Positions 1 through 9,821 of a stretch of DNA of 64,000 bases are shown one piece after another. The notes beneath the pieces were generated by a model that saw nothing but the letters and a program-made list of their open reading frames with translations, was not told the DNA's origin and made no database searches. The position numbers and the translations under genes were made by a program. Source of the stretch: Minisyncoccota bacterium (GTDB lineage Bacteria; Patescibacteriota; Minisyncoccia; Phycocordibacterales; GCA-2747955); assembly GCA_020628915.1 (NCBI GenBank), contig JAHDEI010000002.1, positions 7,153 through 71,152 on the forward strand. The letters run 5' to 3'. The first letter of the stretch is position 1, and each line of letters opens with the position of its first letter.

Positions 1-1447
1 AATCCATGTCACCATAATGATCTTCTTTTCCTAAGATATCAGACAAGATTTTATAGTTGTTGTCAGACTCATAAACCAGACCAATCGCAACACCTGCGAC
101 ATGTCCAGGCAATGGAACACCCACATCATGTAACGCTAATGACGTCCCACAGGTAGATCCCATTGATGTAGATCCATTCGAAGAAAGTACCTCTGAGACC
201 ACTCTCATGGTATACGGAAAATCTTCTGGAGACGGGATGACTCTCCTAAATGCTTTTTCTGCAAGTGCTCCATGACCAATCTCCCGCCTACCTGGTGATC
301 CCATACGTCCGACTTCTCCTACTGAATATGGTGGGAAGTTATAATGGTGAATAAAATTTGTATCTGCATTAATCTCCATGCCATCAATATGCAGAGAGTC
401 ATCAAGTTGCCCTAGGGTTGCAACAGAAAGAACATGTGTCTCACCACGATAAAATAGTCCAGATCCATGCACTACATCCGAGACTCCACCTGCCTGCGCG
501 TAAATAGACCGTACTGTATCTAAATCTCGTCCGTCAATTCGATTTTCTGAATTTAAAATTGACGATCGAACTACGTCCTTGAGCCCACTATCAAAAGTAG
601 ACTGCATCTCAGAATACGTTGCGTCTTCGAACGACTCTCCGACAGATTCTTTAAAGATAGAAAACCACTGATCTCTCGTCTTCTTGTTATCCACTCCAGA
701 AATATCTTTCAACACAAGGGGTGTAACCATATCTTTGAATACATTTTCTAGACGGTTATTCTTATCTGTGAGCTCAATTTTTTCTTTTTTGTGCTCAGAA
801 ATAATATCCATCAGAAAAGTATCAAGTTTTGCAACCTCATCGATTGCAAGCGAAATCCCAGAAAGAATGGTTGGCTCTGAGGTTTGCGATGCTTCGGTTT
901 CTAGCATGCAAAGTCTACCGTCTCGTGCCGCAACTGTTGCTTCATACCATGATTCTGCACGTTGTTTGTATGTAGGAGAGAGAACCTCACCGTCCTCGTT
1001 TGCTGATACACGCACAGCCCCAACAAATCCTCGCCACGGAATAGAAGAAATCTCGAGCGCAAGTGATGTCGCGTTCAATGCCACTACATCTGGATCATGA
1101 TCTCCCAGTGACAAAACAGTTACCACAATCAAAATATCTCGATTAAAGTCTTTGGGGAAAAATGGGCGTACAGCACGGTCAATTAATCTCGCAGTTAGGG
1201 TTGCCTCCGTTGAAGGCCGACCTTCTCGTTTGTTGTATTTGCCGCCAAGGATTTCTCCCCTGGCATAATATCGTTCTTGATACTCAACCTTGAGTGGCAT
1301 GTAGTCTTTGTCAGTTGGACCTCCCAGTGCGACAGCAACCATTACCTTGGTGTCCCCCATCGAAGCAATAACGGATGACTCGGCATGTGACATCCAATCG
1401 TTTAATTCAAAGATAATATCTTCTTGACCCAATTTGTGTGTGTACAT
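1..1447 (-). CDS. pnp: polynucleotide phosphorylase (PNPase), N-terminal ~480 aa; C-terminus lies beyond window start
   Basis: Manual reverse translation from the ATG at 1447 gives MYTHKLGQEDIIFELNDW... Matching motifs: 'ERYYARGEILGGKYNKREGRPSTEATLTARLIDRAVRPFF', second RNase-PH core 'RIDGRDLDTVRSI..GSGLFYRGETHVLSVATLG', 'HHYNFPPYSVGEVGRMGSPGRREIGHGALAEKA' and 'LGKEDHYGDMD'. Absent from the ORF track because it runs off the window. Alternative start 4 codons upstream (ATG at 1459); no clear SD for either. Confidence 0.9.
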   Translation of the reverse strand, partial: MYTHKLGQEDIIFELNDWMSHAESSVIASMGDTKVMVAVALGGPTDKDYMPLKVEYQERYYARGEILGGKYNKREGRPSTEATLTARLIDRAVRPFFPKDFNRDILIVVTVLSLGDHDPDVVALNATSLALEISSIPWRGFVGAVRVSANEDGEVLSPTYKQRAESWYEATVAARDGRLCMLETEASQTSEPTILSGISLAIDEVAKLDTFLMDIISEHKKEKIELTDKNNRLENVFKDMVTPLVLKDISGVDNKKTRDQWFSIFKESVGESFEDATYSEMQSTFDSGLKDVVRSSILNSENRIDGRDLDTVRSIYAQAGGVSDVVHGSGLFYRGETHVLSVATLGQLDDSLHIDGMEINADTNFIHHYNFPPYSVGEVGRMGSPGRREIGHGALAEKAFRRVIPSPEDFPYTMRVVSEVLSSNGSTSMGSTCGTSLALHDVGVPLPGHVAGVAIGLVYESDNNYKILSDILGKEDHYGDMD

Positions 1448-1524
1448 TTTTTTATTCATAAAAAGAATTGTAACAAAAAGGCACCGCGAAACGGCACCTT
1501 ATAAAACGATAACTTACAACGTAG

Positions 1525-2007
1525 CTATTCATCGAGAAGGATATTATCTTCGGTATCAAACAACATTCGGCGAACAGGCGTTTCATCTCTATAAAATGAA
1601 ATAAGATATCGACCCGGAGATTCATCTGAGTCAGTTCTCGTTTTGCGTTGGAGTCTGCAGTGAAACTGGTCTGCTTTCGATGGCCCCCTGTTCGCACTAC
1701 CAACCGCTTCGTCGAGAAATAGGATGCCGTCTTTTATAAGGCTCACCTTCGCGTGAGACTTTGACTCCACCAAGATTACCAAGACAGATTTTTTACCGAC
1801 TTGGATCTCATAAGCATATTTTTTAGCACAATCAATAGAAATCGTTGTGTATTTTGTGTCTTCGAACTCTGAGAAATTCCAACTACCAGATACCTCCATG
1901 ATACCAGAAGATGTTATTTTGACTGATTCTAATTTATTTAGATGCGAAATGAGCATGCTTTTACTCATAATTCTTCTCCTTTCTTTCTGGAGAATACTAT
2001 ACCACAA
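1525..2007 (-). CDS. hypothetical protein
   Basis: 160-aa ORF, no recognisable motif; possible internal start at MSKSM (1968). Confidence 0.5.
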   Translation of the reverse strand: MWYSILQKERRRIMSKSMLISHLNKLESVKITSSGIMEVSGSWNFSEFEDTKYTTISIDCAKKYAYEIQVGKKSVLVILVESKSHAKVSLIKDGILFLDEAVGSANRGPSKADQFHCRLQRKTRTDSDESPGRYLISFYRDETPVRRMLFDTEDNILLDE

Positions 2008-2053
2008 ATTATGGGATTTAAAAGAGCGACGGCATAGCCGTCGCTCTTTGCTA

Positions 2054-2629
2054 CTATTTTTTCAGTGCAATTTTTTTAACTTTCTTGAGCATCTTTTCTC
2101 GTGCCTGATCGTTTCTGTTGTGGAACATGTTTGAAAACGTCGTGATCGATGAAATCTTTGTTCCAGTGTAGCTATGCAAGAAACCGCCAAGGGTCAGGAA
2201 ATGAAGAATCGGATTATAAATCCAATATAACCACCGTGGTCCATCTGCAGTGAGGAAAAATCGAACTCTCTTTCCTTCTAACATTTTTACCAGTCCATCT
2301 TTTGTATACTTAAACGCAAACCCAGCAGTGAAATTCACATCAAAAAAGTTTTTCAAAATTGCTGGAACACCCATCTGCCACACCGGTGAGATAAAAATCA
2401 TTTCGTCAGACCATGTAATATCATTCTGAATCATTGTTTTTGTTTCAGTTGGACCACAATCTTTTTTAATATCTTCAAAACAAAGAAACGGCTGCGCGTA
2501 CTTTTCGTCAAACAAATCAATTACTCGGACTTCACTACCTTGCTCTTCCCTGGTCTTTTTGTATGTATCAGCAATTTTATGCGTAAATCCCCATGTCGAA
2601 GGATGCGCCTTAACAATTAATGTGTTCAT
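2054..2629 (-). CDS. flavodoxin-like fold NAD(P)H dehydrogenase (quinone)/FMN reductase family protein
   Basis: 191 aa; N-terminal 'MNTLIVKAHPSTWGFTHKIADTYKK' and overall pattern typical of the NQO1/YwrO-type Flavodoxin_2 family. Confidence 0.7.
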   Translation of the reverse strand: MNTLIVKAHPSTWGFTHKIADTYKKTREEQGSEVRVIDLFDEKYAQPFLCFEDIKKDCGPTETKTMIQNDITWSDEMIFISPVWQMGVPAILKNFFDVNFTAGFAFKYTKDGLVKMLEGKRVRFFLTADGPRWLYWIYNPILHFLTLGGFLHSYTGTKISSITTFSNMFHNRNDQAREKMLKKVKKIALKK

Positions 2630-2632
2630 ATT

Positions 2633-3616
2633 TTAAAAATTAAATAATTCTGAAAAGTTCTCTCTAATATCTTGCCTCAACGAACGCAACAAAGGATCTT
2701 TATAAAAATGTAGAATTTTTTGTTCATATTCGTCATCTCCAGTTGGCGGATCAGTAAAGACAAAGAATTCAAATGTTTCTGCTGAATCTTCCACTGGTGT
2801 GGTTGTTGAGTATGGAGTAACAAAACGATCTTCGTTCTCTTCAAAATATTCGACCGACAACTCTTCTCTCTCGTCTTGATCTGCTCTTTCTACTTCTTCT
2901 GCGTGGTCAAAATCGTTTTCTGTCCAAAATTCTTGAACAAATTTATTTAGATAAGAATCTTCATTAAAACACACACCTGCTTCAAAAAACGTATCACACC
3001 TGCTCTCCCTGATTGATCCGTTATATTCTTCTTCATTTAGGGTTAAGATATGAAAAAACTCGTGAGTGAGCGTGCTCACTAGTTGTTTATGCTTGAGCTC
3101 ACTTTGATTGTGTACTTTTGCTAGATTGACCCCAAGAATCCATTTAGTTGGATCATTCCTGTCCGTTTCAACATACGCTGCAAACACATCGTCTTCATCA
3201 TAATACACACGATAAAAGCCGACATAGTCCTTAATATATTCACGTGGAGATATATCTCTAAAGTCATCCCATATTTCAACCACAATTTCTGGCAGTAACC
3301 CGGTTCCTTCCAGCGCCAGTGTTGCGTCTGATCTAACAGCATATGTACTGTCTTCAAACTGTGATAAATCTTTCGTTATTGTCTGTGCTTGAGCTTGTTC
3401 GGCTAGTAGTTTTTGTACTTCTGCAAGTAGTTCTGCAATGAGCTGTTCTAGAACCTTGATTAGTTCTTGGCGAACTTGTTCACACAACTGATCACCATTA
3501 CAGTTTTGATACGCAGAAAAATCTGAGGTTGGTGAAACAGCAACACTGACGGTCTGTTGACCATACGTAAAAAACGGAATGAGTAAGATGGTAAAAATGA
3601 GGGCAAACCTTTTCAT
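2633..3616 (-). CDS. secreted protein with HExxH zinc-metallopeptidase motif and coiled-coil segment
   Basis: Signal peptide MKRFALIFTILLIPFFTYGQQ; coiled-coil 'ELIKVLEQLIAELLAEVQKLLAEQAQAQ'; 'LTHEFFHILT' HExxH motif. Confidence 0.6.
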   Translation of the reverse strand: MKRFALIFTILLIPFFTYGQQTVSVAVSPTSDFSAYQNCNGDQLCEQVRQELIKVLEQLIAELLAEVQKLLAEQAQAQTITKDLSQFEDSTYAVRSDATLALEGTGLLPEIVVEIWDDFRDISPREYIKDYVGFYRVYYDEDDVFAAYVETDRNDPTKWILGVNLAKVHNQSELKHKQLVSTLTHEFFHILTLNEEEYNGSIRESRCDTFFEAGVCFNEDSYLNKFVQEFWTENDFDHAEEVERADQDEREELSVEYFEENEDRFVTPYSTTTPVEDSAETFEFFVFTDPPTGDDEYEQKILHFYKDPLLRSLRQDIRENFSELFNF

Positions 3617-3623
3617 AATGCAA

Positions 3624-4520
3624 TTATAACAAAACTTTCTCAGTCTTGATTGCTATTCCTCGTTTACTACTGCGAATGCTGTCTCTGCTCATTGTTAACG
3701 TTCCTATTGCAACTAGCCTCCCCCAAGAATCGAACACCGTAACGTAATCGCCAACAACGGCTGAGCTATCGACTGACTTGACACCTGGGACAAAGACGTC
3801 GTTACCTGAGGTAATGTACTTTTCTACTCCTGGTTTTAAAACTACTTTCCGGAATTGTGGCTCTGGAACAGCACTGGTTAAAGGGCATATTTGAGTCCTT
3901 AATTTCTTTCGGGCACGCATTCTCTTAAAAAGATTCCATCTAGTCGAATCATGCGCAAGTATTTCAAGATCGCCTGCGCTAACCCAGCGATCTTTTTCTG
4001 AAAAGGGTCCTACTTTTACCCGATGGAGGTCCCCCATATGTGCACGTACCCCCAAATATTCACCCATATCGTGAAAAAGTTTTCTGATGTATGTGCCGCG
4101 TTCGACGGCACAAAAAAGCGTAGCTTTTTTGTGCTCGTAGTCAAAGTCTTTTATTTCCAATCCGTAGACTTCGCGCTCTCGCTCCACCCTCTTTACTGAT
4201 GATTTACGTGGTGGCAACTGCCTGATCTTGCCTAAAAATTCTTCAATGACTTCTTCTAGTTGCGCTTTCGTCACATGGTCGTGAAATATGATTTCGCCAA
4301 CGTACTGCTTTTCCGACATCAGCATGTATTCAAGAACCTTTGTGCCCTTTCCATAACCAACAACCAACAAACCTGTCACTTTTGGATCTAACGTTCCCGA
4401 ATGCCCGACTTTGACATTCATACCCAATTTTCTCAAGGCGCGCTTAACTGCCACCACCTCGTCATGTGATGTTCTGCCGGCCTGCTTGTTGAGCAAAATA
4501 ATACCACTCTTCGGAATCAT
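3624..4520 (-). CDS. truB: tRNA pseudouridine(55) synthase TruB with PUA domain
   Basis: 'GHSGTLDPKVTGLLVVGYGKGTK' TruB catalytic-Asp motif; 298 aa. Confidence 0.9.
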   Translation of the reverse strand: MIPKSGIILLNKQAGRTSHDEVVAVKRALRKLGMNVKVGHSGTLDPKVTGLLVVGYGKGTKVLEYMLMSEKQYVGEIIFHDHVTKAQLEEVIEEFLGKIRQLPPRKSSVKRVEREREVYGLEIKDFDYEHKKATLFCAVERGTYIRKLFHDMGEYLGVRAHMGDLHRVKVGPFSEKDRWVSAGDLEILAHDSTRWNLFKRMRARKKLRTQICPLTSAVPEPQFRKVVLKPGVEKYITSGNDVFVPGVKSVDSSAVVGDYVTVFDSWGRLVAIGTLTMSRDSIRSSKRGIAIKTEKVLL

Positions 4521-5257
4521 GATTTCATCATTATTACTCCCATATTATTAATTCTCTCGCCACCTTGATACGAATACAATGCCTCGTCTGTCTTGGTGTC
4601 TATGTGTGATATTTCAATATTATTCTCGTCTATTCCCGTCTCTAATAACTGCTCGGTCACCACCTTGCCGAGATCAACATGAAAATCTGTGTCTGTTCTT
4701 TTGATTCCACCTTTCTGTTCAAAATATAGATTAGCTGGCTCTCCCTCAAAATCACTGAGGGGAAATTTGTAGCTCTCTCTTGAAATGTGAGGCCCAACCC
4801 AAACCAAAAGATCTTTGGGGGTTGATGCAAAATCAACTACCATTCTCTTAATTGTTTTTGGAACAATTTCTGAATAAACTCCTCTCCAGCCAGAATGGAT
4901 TGCCGCAATGATACCGTTCTCTGGATCGTATATAAACGTTGGAACGCAATCAGATGCAAAAACAGCCAGTCCAACGTTTTTTTGATCAGTTATCAAAGCA
5001 TCAGCCTCATCAATGAACCCTTGACCTGCATGTTCTTTTTTAACAACAACCACTCTGTCCGAATGACATTGCTTTAGCTCCACAACATCATCCTGAGATA
5101 GTCCCAGGTCGGTAAAGTATCCCAATCTGTTTGTGGTCGTTTCGTCTGACCATGCTCCACCCATCTTTTCACCAAACGGTGCCAAAGGTCCATACGCCTT
5201 GGTCGAAAAACCGCACGTAATGTTTTGTGGGAACAACGACGGAGTTATATATTTCAT
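4517..5257 (-). CDS. pgeF: purine nucleoside phosphorylase/laccase-domain protein PgeF (YfiH, DUF152)
   Basis: 'CHSDRVVVV', 'ASDCVPTFIYD', 'HSGWRGV' motifs; start taken at MKYITPSL (ATG 5257) rather than the longer 304-aa ORF. Confidence 0.8.
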   Translation of the reverse strand: MKYITPSLFPQNITCGFSTKAYGPLAPFGEKMGGAWSDETTTNRLGYFTDLGLSQDDVVELKQCHSDRVVVVKKEHAGQGFIDEADALITDQKNVGLAVFASDCVPTFIYDPENGIIAAIHSGWRGVYSEIVPKTIKRMVVDFASTPKDLLVWVGPHISRESYKFPLSDFEGEPANLYFEQKGGIKRTDTDFHVDLGKVVTEQLLETGIDENNIEISHIDTKTDEALYSYQGGERINNMGVIMMKS

Positions 5258-5306
5258 GCGTGCATTATAACAACAACGCAACCTTACGGTCGCGTTGTTG
5301 CTTGTA

Positions 5307-5594
5307 TTATTCTGGGATGCAAACCATTGGTTCATCCGGATCACTCGTCTCTGAGTCAGAAGCGTAACGATCTTTGAAATACTGAATAATATCTGCGGAC
5401 TCATACATCTGCACCCCCGCTTCGGTATCAACCAAAAATGGGATCTGTCTCTTTCCGCCTGTCTCTAACAGTTCGTCCATCCACTCTTCACGCTCGTAAA
5501 CGTCACGTTCATCATAAGAAATATTTGTGGTCTGAAGATAGTCTTTTACTCGATTACAAAATGGACAAGAGCTTTTGGTATATAAAATTAGCAT
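5307..5594 (-). CDS. glutaredoxin (CPFC active site)
   Basis: 'MLILYTKSSCPFCNRVKDYL' thioredoxin-fold CxxC motif; 95 aa. Confidence 0.8.
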   Translation of the reverse strand: MLILYTKSSCPFCNRVKDYLQTTNISYDERDVYEREEWMDELLETGGKRQIPFLVDTEAGVQMYESADIIQYFKDRYASDSETSDPDEPMVCIPE

Positions 5595-5711
5595 GTAGAT
5601 TTAATTTATTTCTAATACTTTAATTATACACTCCCTGTCAAATATTTGTTCAAAAAAAATTGATTTAGCTATGGATTTATTTATAATCTAGAAAGAATGA
5701 AAGGAGAAAAT

Positions 5712-6320
5712 ATGACTTCAGTAATTGCAGTTGATTTTGACGACGTCGTGTGTGACTTTAATTGGAAATACATCGATCACCACAACGAAACATACGGTGA
5801 TCCACGTATGACCCGTGAAAAAGCACATACCTTTGATATGGCAGCGCTCTATGGAATTACTCCGGATGAGGTTGTGAAACGTGTCAGAAATTTTTGCACA
5901 AACCACCACGGTGAAATCAAATTACACAGAGGAGCCGATCGAGGCCTCCATGAGTTATCACGAAAACATGAGTTACACATTGTGACCAGTCGTTGCGAGT
6001 CTTTTCGAGAAACCACAATGGACTGGATGGAGGAAAAAGGAGTCCTAGGGTACTTTAGTGGATTGCACTTTACCAATGGATTCGGAACTCTCTTCCCCGA
6101 ACGCAAGCGGACAAAATTACAAGTTTGCGAGAAAATTCAGGCAATAGCATTAATTGAGGACTCTCCTGGCAATGCACATATTGTTGCTGATGGAGGCATT
6201 CCGGTAGTAGTCCCTGAATACGCCTGGAATACTGGCAAGCTCGACCATGACCGTATTCATGTCGTAAATGATTGGACCACTATTCCTGCGGTTATTGCAG
6301 AAATTGGTGCATTTGGATAA
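5712..6320 (+). CDS. HAD-superfamily 5'(3')-deoxyribonucleotidase-like hydrolase
   Basis: 'VIAVDFDDVVCDF' HAD motif I (DxDxV) typical of the NT5C family; start chosen at ATG 5712 because an AAAGGAG SD lies 5 nt upstream (ORF track starts at 5697). sigma70-like promoter TTGATT-16-TATAAT at ~5660-5690; terminator follows at 6325-6352. Confidence 0.7.
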   Translation: MTSVIAVDFDDVVCDFNWKYIDHHNETYGDPRMTREKAHTFDMAALYGITPDEVVKRVRNFCTNHHGEIKLHRGADRGLHELSRKHELHIVTSRCESFRETTMDWMEEKGVLGYFSGLHFTNGFGTLFPERKRTKLQVCEKIQAIALIEDSPGNAHIVADGGIPVVVPEYAWNTGKLDHDRIHVVNDWTTIPAVIAEIGAFG

Positions 6321-6324
6321 TGCA

Positions 6325-6352
6325 AAAGACCCGCACACAGCGGGTCTTTTTA
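6325..6352 (+). terminator. intrinsic terminator (agacccgc-acac-agcgggtct + T-run)
   Basis: Perfect 8-bp GC-rich stem followed by TTTTTAT. Confidence 0.7.
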
Positions 6353-6409
6353 TCTTATTGACATACTCATATCTCAGAATATACTTATGAGCAGGAGAAA
6401 GAGTGAGCA

Positions 6410-6724
6410 ATGAAGCAAAAATTTTTTATTTTCGCACAAGAGCCTGAGGACATGAGCATCTTTATCGATGGATTAGAAGCATCTGATTACGAAGTGACCT
6501 TATTTGATTCAAATAATGAGGAAATACTACTTGGTCAAATTGAGAAAATCATGAAATCTTTTAATATCATCTATGTGAGCATCGAGACACAAACTGAATA
6601 CACAAACGATCTTCTTGATTATCTGATTGTTGGCAAAGAAAACGGACTGGTCGTGCTCATTGGTAGTAGTGATGCACACATTATTGATTTATGTGCACAA
6701 AAGGGCCTCATTAAAAAAATTTAA
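6410..6724 (+). CDS. hypothetical protein
   Basis: 104 aa; promoter TTGACA-16-TATACT at ~6357-6384; followed by bidirectional terminator 6737-6760. Confidence 0.5.
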   Translation: MKQKFFIFAQEPEDMSIFIDGLEASDYEVTLFDSNNEEILLGQIEKIMKSFNIIYVSIETQTEYTNDLLDYLIVGKENGLVVLIGSSDAHIIDLCAQKGLIKKI

Positions 6725-6736
6725 TCCGAGTAAAAC

Positions 6737-6760
6737 AAAACGACGCCTCAGCGTCGTTTT
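6737..6760. terminator. bidirectional intrinsic terminator (aaaacgacgc-ctca-gcgtcgtttt)
   Basis: Perfect stem flanked by A-run and T-run; sits between convergent genes 6410..6724 (+) and rplB (-). Confidence 0.75.
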
Positions 6761-6764
6761 ATTA

Positions 6765-7631
6765 TTAGTTTTTGTTGTTTGCGGTTGATTTCACTTTCCT
6801 TCGTTTCACAATCATACCGTTTGAGTATTTCTTTGGATTCCTGGTCTTCTGGCCCTTTCCAGATGGCTTACCCCATTTAGTTCGAGCACGCCGATGACCT
6901 CGACCTGCTTTACCTTCACCACCACCATGAGGGTGATCTACTGGGTTCATCGCAGCACCACGTACTCGTGGTCGTCGACCCATTTTCCGAGCTCGACCTG
7001 CTTTACCAATAGTTACCAATTTATGATGTTCGTTTGATGCTTGTCCGATTGTTGCGAAACAATCTTCTGAAACCTTCCTGATTTCAGAAGAAGGCATCTT
7101 CAGGTTTACTTTTCCTTCGTCATGCGCAACCACCTCGATTGCATTTCCAGCAGAACGAGCAAATCGTGCTCCTGCTCCTGGTTTTGCTTCTACAGCAAAT
7201 ACGAATGTACCGACTGGAACATTTTTCAATGCTACTCGGTTACCTGATTTGATTTCAGCTTTTTCAGCGACAATCATTTCGTCTCCTACTACTACTCCTT
7301 TTGGAGTCAGCACGTATCGTCTCTCGCCATCTCGGTAACAGACCAGAGAAATGAATGATGATCTGTATGGATCGTATTCGATTGTTTCGATCTTTGCTGG
7401 GATATCTTTTTTATCGTAAACAAAGTCTACTTGCCTATATTTTCGCTTTACACCACCTCCTCGGAATCTAGAAGTAAGTCGTCCAAATCCGTTTCGACCT
7501 GATGTATTTTTCTTACCTTTGGTAAGAGATTTCTTTGGGTTATTTCCAGTAGATAAAAGTTCCTTGTACGGCACAACCGTCATCCCTCGTCGTCCTGGTG
7601 TTATCCCTTTGTATCGTTTTAGTGCAGCCAT
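6765..7631 (-). CDS. rplB: 50S ribosomal protein L2
   Basis: MAALKRYKGITPGRRGMTV...; 288 aa. Confidence 0.95.
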   Translation of the reverse strand: MAALKRYKGITPGRRGMTVVPYKELLSTGNNPKKSLTKGKKNTSGRNGFGRLTSRFRGGGVKRKYRQVDFVYDKKDIPAKIETIEYDPYRSSFISLVCYRDGERRYVLTPKGVVVGDEMIVAEKAEIKSGNRVALKNVPVGTFVFAVEAKPGAGARFARSAGNAIEVVAHDEGKVNLKMPSSEIRKVSEDCFATIGQASNEHHKLVTIGKAGRARKMGRRPRVRGAAMNPVDHPHGGGEGKAGRGHRRARTKWGKPSGKGQKTRNPKKYSNGMIVKRRKVKSTANNKN

Positions 7632-7636
7632 GGTAC

Positions 7637-7936
7637 TTAGATTATGTTAATTTTATCTCCGTCCTTGAGGTAAACATATGCTTTTCGAGAGTCAGACTTT
7701 CGTCCCCACTTTCCTCGCACGAATACTTTTTTACCTTTTGTATTCAGTACGTTTACCTTGACTGGATCTACCTTATAAATTCGTTTAATTTCTTTTTTGA
7801 TTTCGTTCTTGTTTGCATCTGTTGCCACGTTGAACACGTAAACGTTTTGGTCTGCTGCGTTAGCAGCTTTTTCTGTTACGCGCGCTCCCACAAGAATTTG
7901 TTTTGGATTTTTGATATTTGTTGTCATAAGCGTCAA
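7637..7936 (-). CDS. rplW: 50S ribosomal protein L23
   Basis: 99 aa; '...KAYVYLKDGDKINII' L23 signature. Confidence 0.9.
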   Translation of the reverse strand: MTLMTTNIKNPKQILVGARVTEKAANAADQNVYVFNVATDANKNEIKKEIKRIYKVDPVKVNVLNTKGKKVFVRGKWGRKSDSRKAYVYLKDGDKINII

Positions 7937-7938
7937 TA

Positions 7939-8616
7939 TTATGCTGCTACTGGTTCTGCAACCTTAGCTTCCAAAACAGCAATACTGTCTTGTGGGTTAG
8001 TAATAACAAGATACTTGTACTTCAGAAGATCAACTGGGTTAATCTTTCTAAACTCATCAACTGAAACATTTGAGAAGTTCCCAAATGATTTGATTACATT
8101 TTGATCAACATCAACAGTTGTAATCATTGCTCGGTTATTTTTCTTGTTTGCAAGACCTTCGAATCCTTCTACACCTGCAAGTGATGAAAGCATTGCTGCC
8201 GCATCTTTTGTCTTAGGTGCGTCAAAAGAAAGTGAGTCAACAAAGATAATTTCCCCATCTCGCATCTTTTGCGAAAGAATCGTGAACAATGCTTTCGTTT
8301 TCATTTTCTTATTAATCTTCTTTTTGAAGTTCTTTTCATTTCGAGGACCAAATGTGATTCCTCCACCAATCCAAATTGGTGAACGTCTCGATCCATGTCG
8401 TGCTCGACCTGTTCCTTTTTGTTTCCAAGGCTTTTTACCACCTCCTCGTACTTCTGATCGGTCTTTGGTGTGTGCAATGTTTGCACGCTTGTTAGACATC
8501 ATAGAGACATATACTTGGTGTACAAGTGATTCGTTCATTGGCAATCCAAAAATTGCTTCTGGCAAATTAATGTCTCCACTCTTCTTTCCTGCTTGGCTAT
8601 ATACTGGTGTTTTCAT
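7939..8616 (-). CDS. rplD: 50S ribosomal protein L4
   Basis: 'GGGKKPWKQKGTGRARHGSRRSPIWIGGGITFGP'. Confidence 0.95.
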   Translation of the reverse strand: MKTPVYSQAGKKSGDINLPEAIFGLPMNESLVHQVYVSMMSNKRANIAHTKDRSEVRGGGKKPWKQKGTGRARHGSRRSPIWIGGGITFGPRNEKNFKKKINKKMKTKALFTILSQKMRDGEIIFVDSLSFDAPKTKDAAAMLSSLAGVEGFEGLANKKNNRAMITTVDVDQNVIKSFGNFSNVSVDEFRKINPVDLLKYKYLVITNPQDSIAVLEAKVAEPVAA

Positions 8617-8622
8617 ATGCGT

Positions 8623-9240
8623 CTATTTAGTTACGATTTCTACCACGTCACCTCGTTTTCCAGCCAACGCTCCCTTAATAAAAATTCGATTGTTTTCAGC
8701 ATCAATTTTAGCTACTTTCAAATTTTTGATAGTAATTCGATCTGAACCCATTCGACCAGGCATTTTCACACCTTTGAACACACGTTGTGGTCCTCCAGCA
8801 CCAATTGATCCTCCTTCACGTTCTGAGTGCTTGTTACCGTGCGATCGTCGTCCCCCCGAGAAGTTGTGTCGTTTCACACCTCCTTGGAATCCTTTACCTT
8901 TTGAAACTGAAGAAACAATAATTTTTTGTCCTTCTTCAAGTGATGAAATATCAATTGTGTCTCCAACAGAAAAACCTTCTGTTGAATCAACACGAAATTC
9001 ACATACGTTCTTGAAGTTTGAACGTCCTGATTTTGCAAAATGCCCTTGTTGTGGCTTTTTGATTTGTTTTTCGTTTCGCTCTCCTGCCGCCACTTGGATA
9101 GCATTGTATCCATCAGTATCAACAGTTTTTACTTGTGTGACAGTGTTTGGCTCAACAGAAATTGCTGTAACAGGGATTGCGTGTCCTTGCTCATCAAATA
9201 GTTGAGTCATTCCGTCTTTTGTTCCTAGAATAAATGTCAT
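8623..9240 (-). CDS. rplC: 50S ribosomal protein L3
   Basis: 'MTFILGTKDGMTQLFDEQGHAIPVTAI', 'FQGGVKRHNFSGG'. Confidence 0.95.
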   Translation of the reverse strand: MTFILGTKDGMTQLFDEQGHAIPVTAISVEPNTVTQVKTVDTDGYNAIQVAAGERNEKQIKKPQQGHFAKSGRSNFKNVCEFRVDSTEGFSVGDTIDISSLEEGQKIIVSSVSKGKGFQGGVKRHNFSGGRRSHGNKHSEREGGSIGAGGPQRVFKGVKMPGRMGSDRITIKNLKVAKIDAENNRIFIKGALAGKRGDVVEIVTK

Positions 9241-9389
9241 GTTTTGTCTTTAAGAGCTTCTCTGCTTTCTATAAAGCGCGAGATTCTAACATACTTAATA
9301 ATTGAGCGAGTATTCACTCTGTGTCTTTACCCAAATGAATCAGATAGAGACAGAGAGTGAAAACTCTCTGCACCAACATATGGAAATGG

Positions 9390-9743
9390 CTATGCCATTT
9401 TTACGTCAATATTGACTCCGGATGGTAGTGACAAATTAGTCAAAGCTTCGATAACTTTTGCAGATGGATTAAGAATATCAACCAATCGGGTATGAATTCT
9501 CATCTCAAACTGCTCACGCGAAGTATTGTAGATAAACGTAGAACGATTAACTGTGTACTTCTTTTTCTTGGTAGGTAATGGAATTGGTCCACGCACCTCT
9601 GCATCAAATCGAGCTGCAGCTTCGATAATTTTAGACACAGATTCATCAAGAAGTTTGTGTTCGTATGCTGATACTTTGATTCTCAATCGAGAAGCAGCGT
9701 CAGCTTTTTTCTTTGTAGTTTTTTTTGCTTTTTCTTCAGCCAT
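9390..9743 (-). CDS. rpsJ: 30S ribosomal protein S10
   Basis: 'RLRIKVSAYEHKLLDESVSKI...IRGPIPLPTKKKKYTVNRS'. Confidence 0.95.
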   Translation of the reverse strand: MAEEKAKKTTKKKADAASRLRIKVSAYEHKLLDESVSKIIEAAARFDAEVRGPIPLPTKKKKYTVNRSTFIYNTSREQFEMRIHTRLVDILNPSAKVIEALTNLSLPSGVNIDVKMA

Positions 9744-9821
9744 AACTAATTTATTTATTTGTTGATAGGGTATCCTCTTGATTTAAGAGAACATTGCTAT
9801 TTGTTTCTAATGTGGATTAGA

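Noticed and set aside
684-1100. 138-aa plus-strand ORF
   Set aside because: Lies antisense inside the strongly supported pnp gene; S/T-rich low-complexity translation; typical shadow ORF.
1475-1500. Apparent terminator 'ggcaccgcgaaacggcacc' after pnp start
   Set aside because: The two arms are not reverse complements (ggcaccg vs cggcacc), so no stable stem forms.
8144-9205. 353-aa plus-strand ORF spanning rplD/rplC
   Set aside because: Antisense to two ribosomal protein genes with unmistakable motifs; Pro/Ser-rich nonsense translation.
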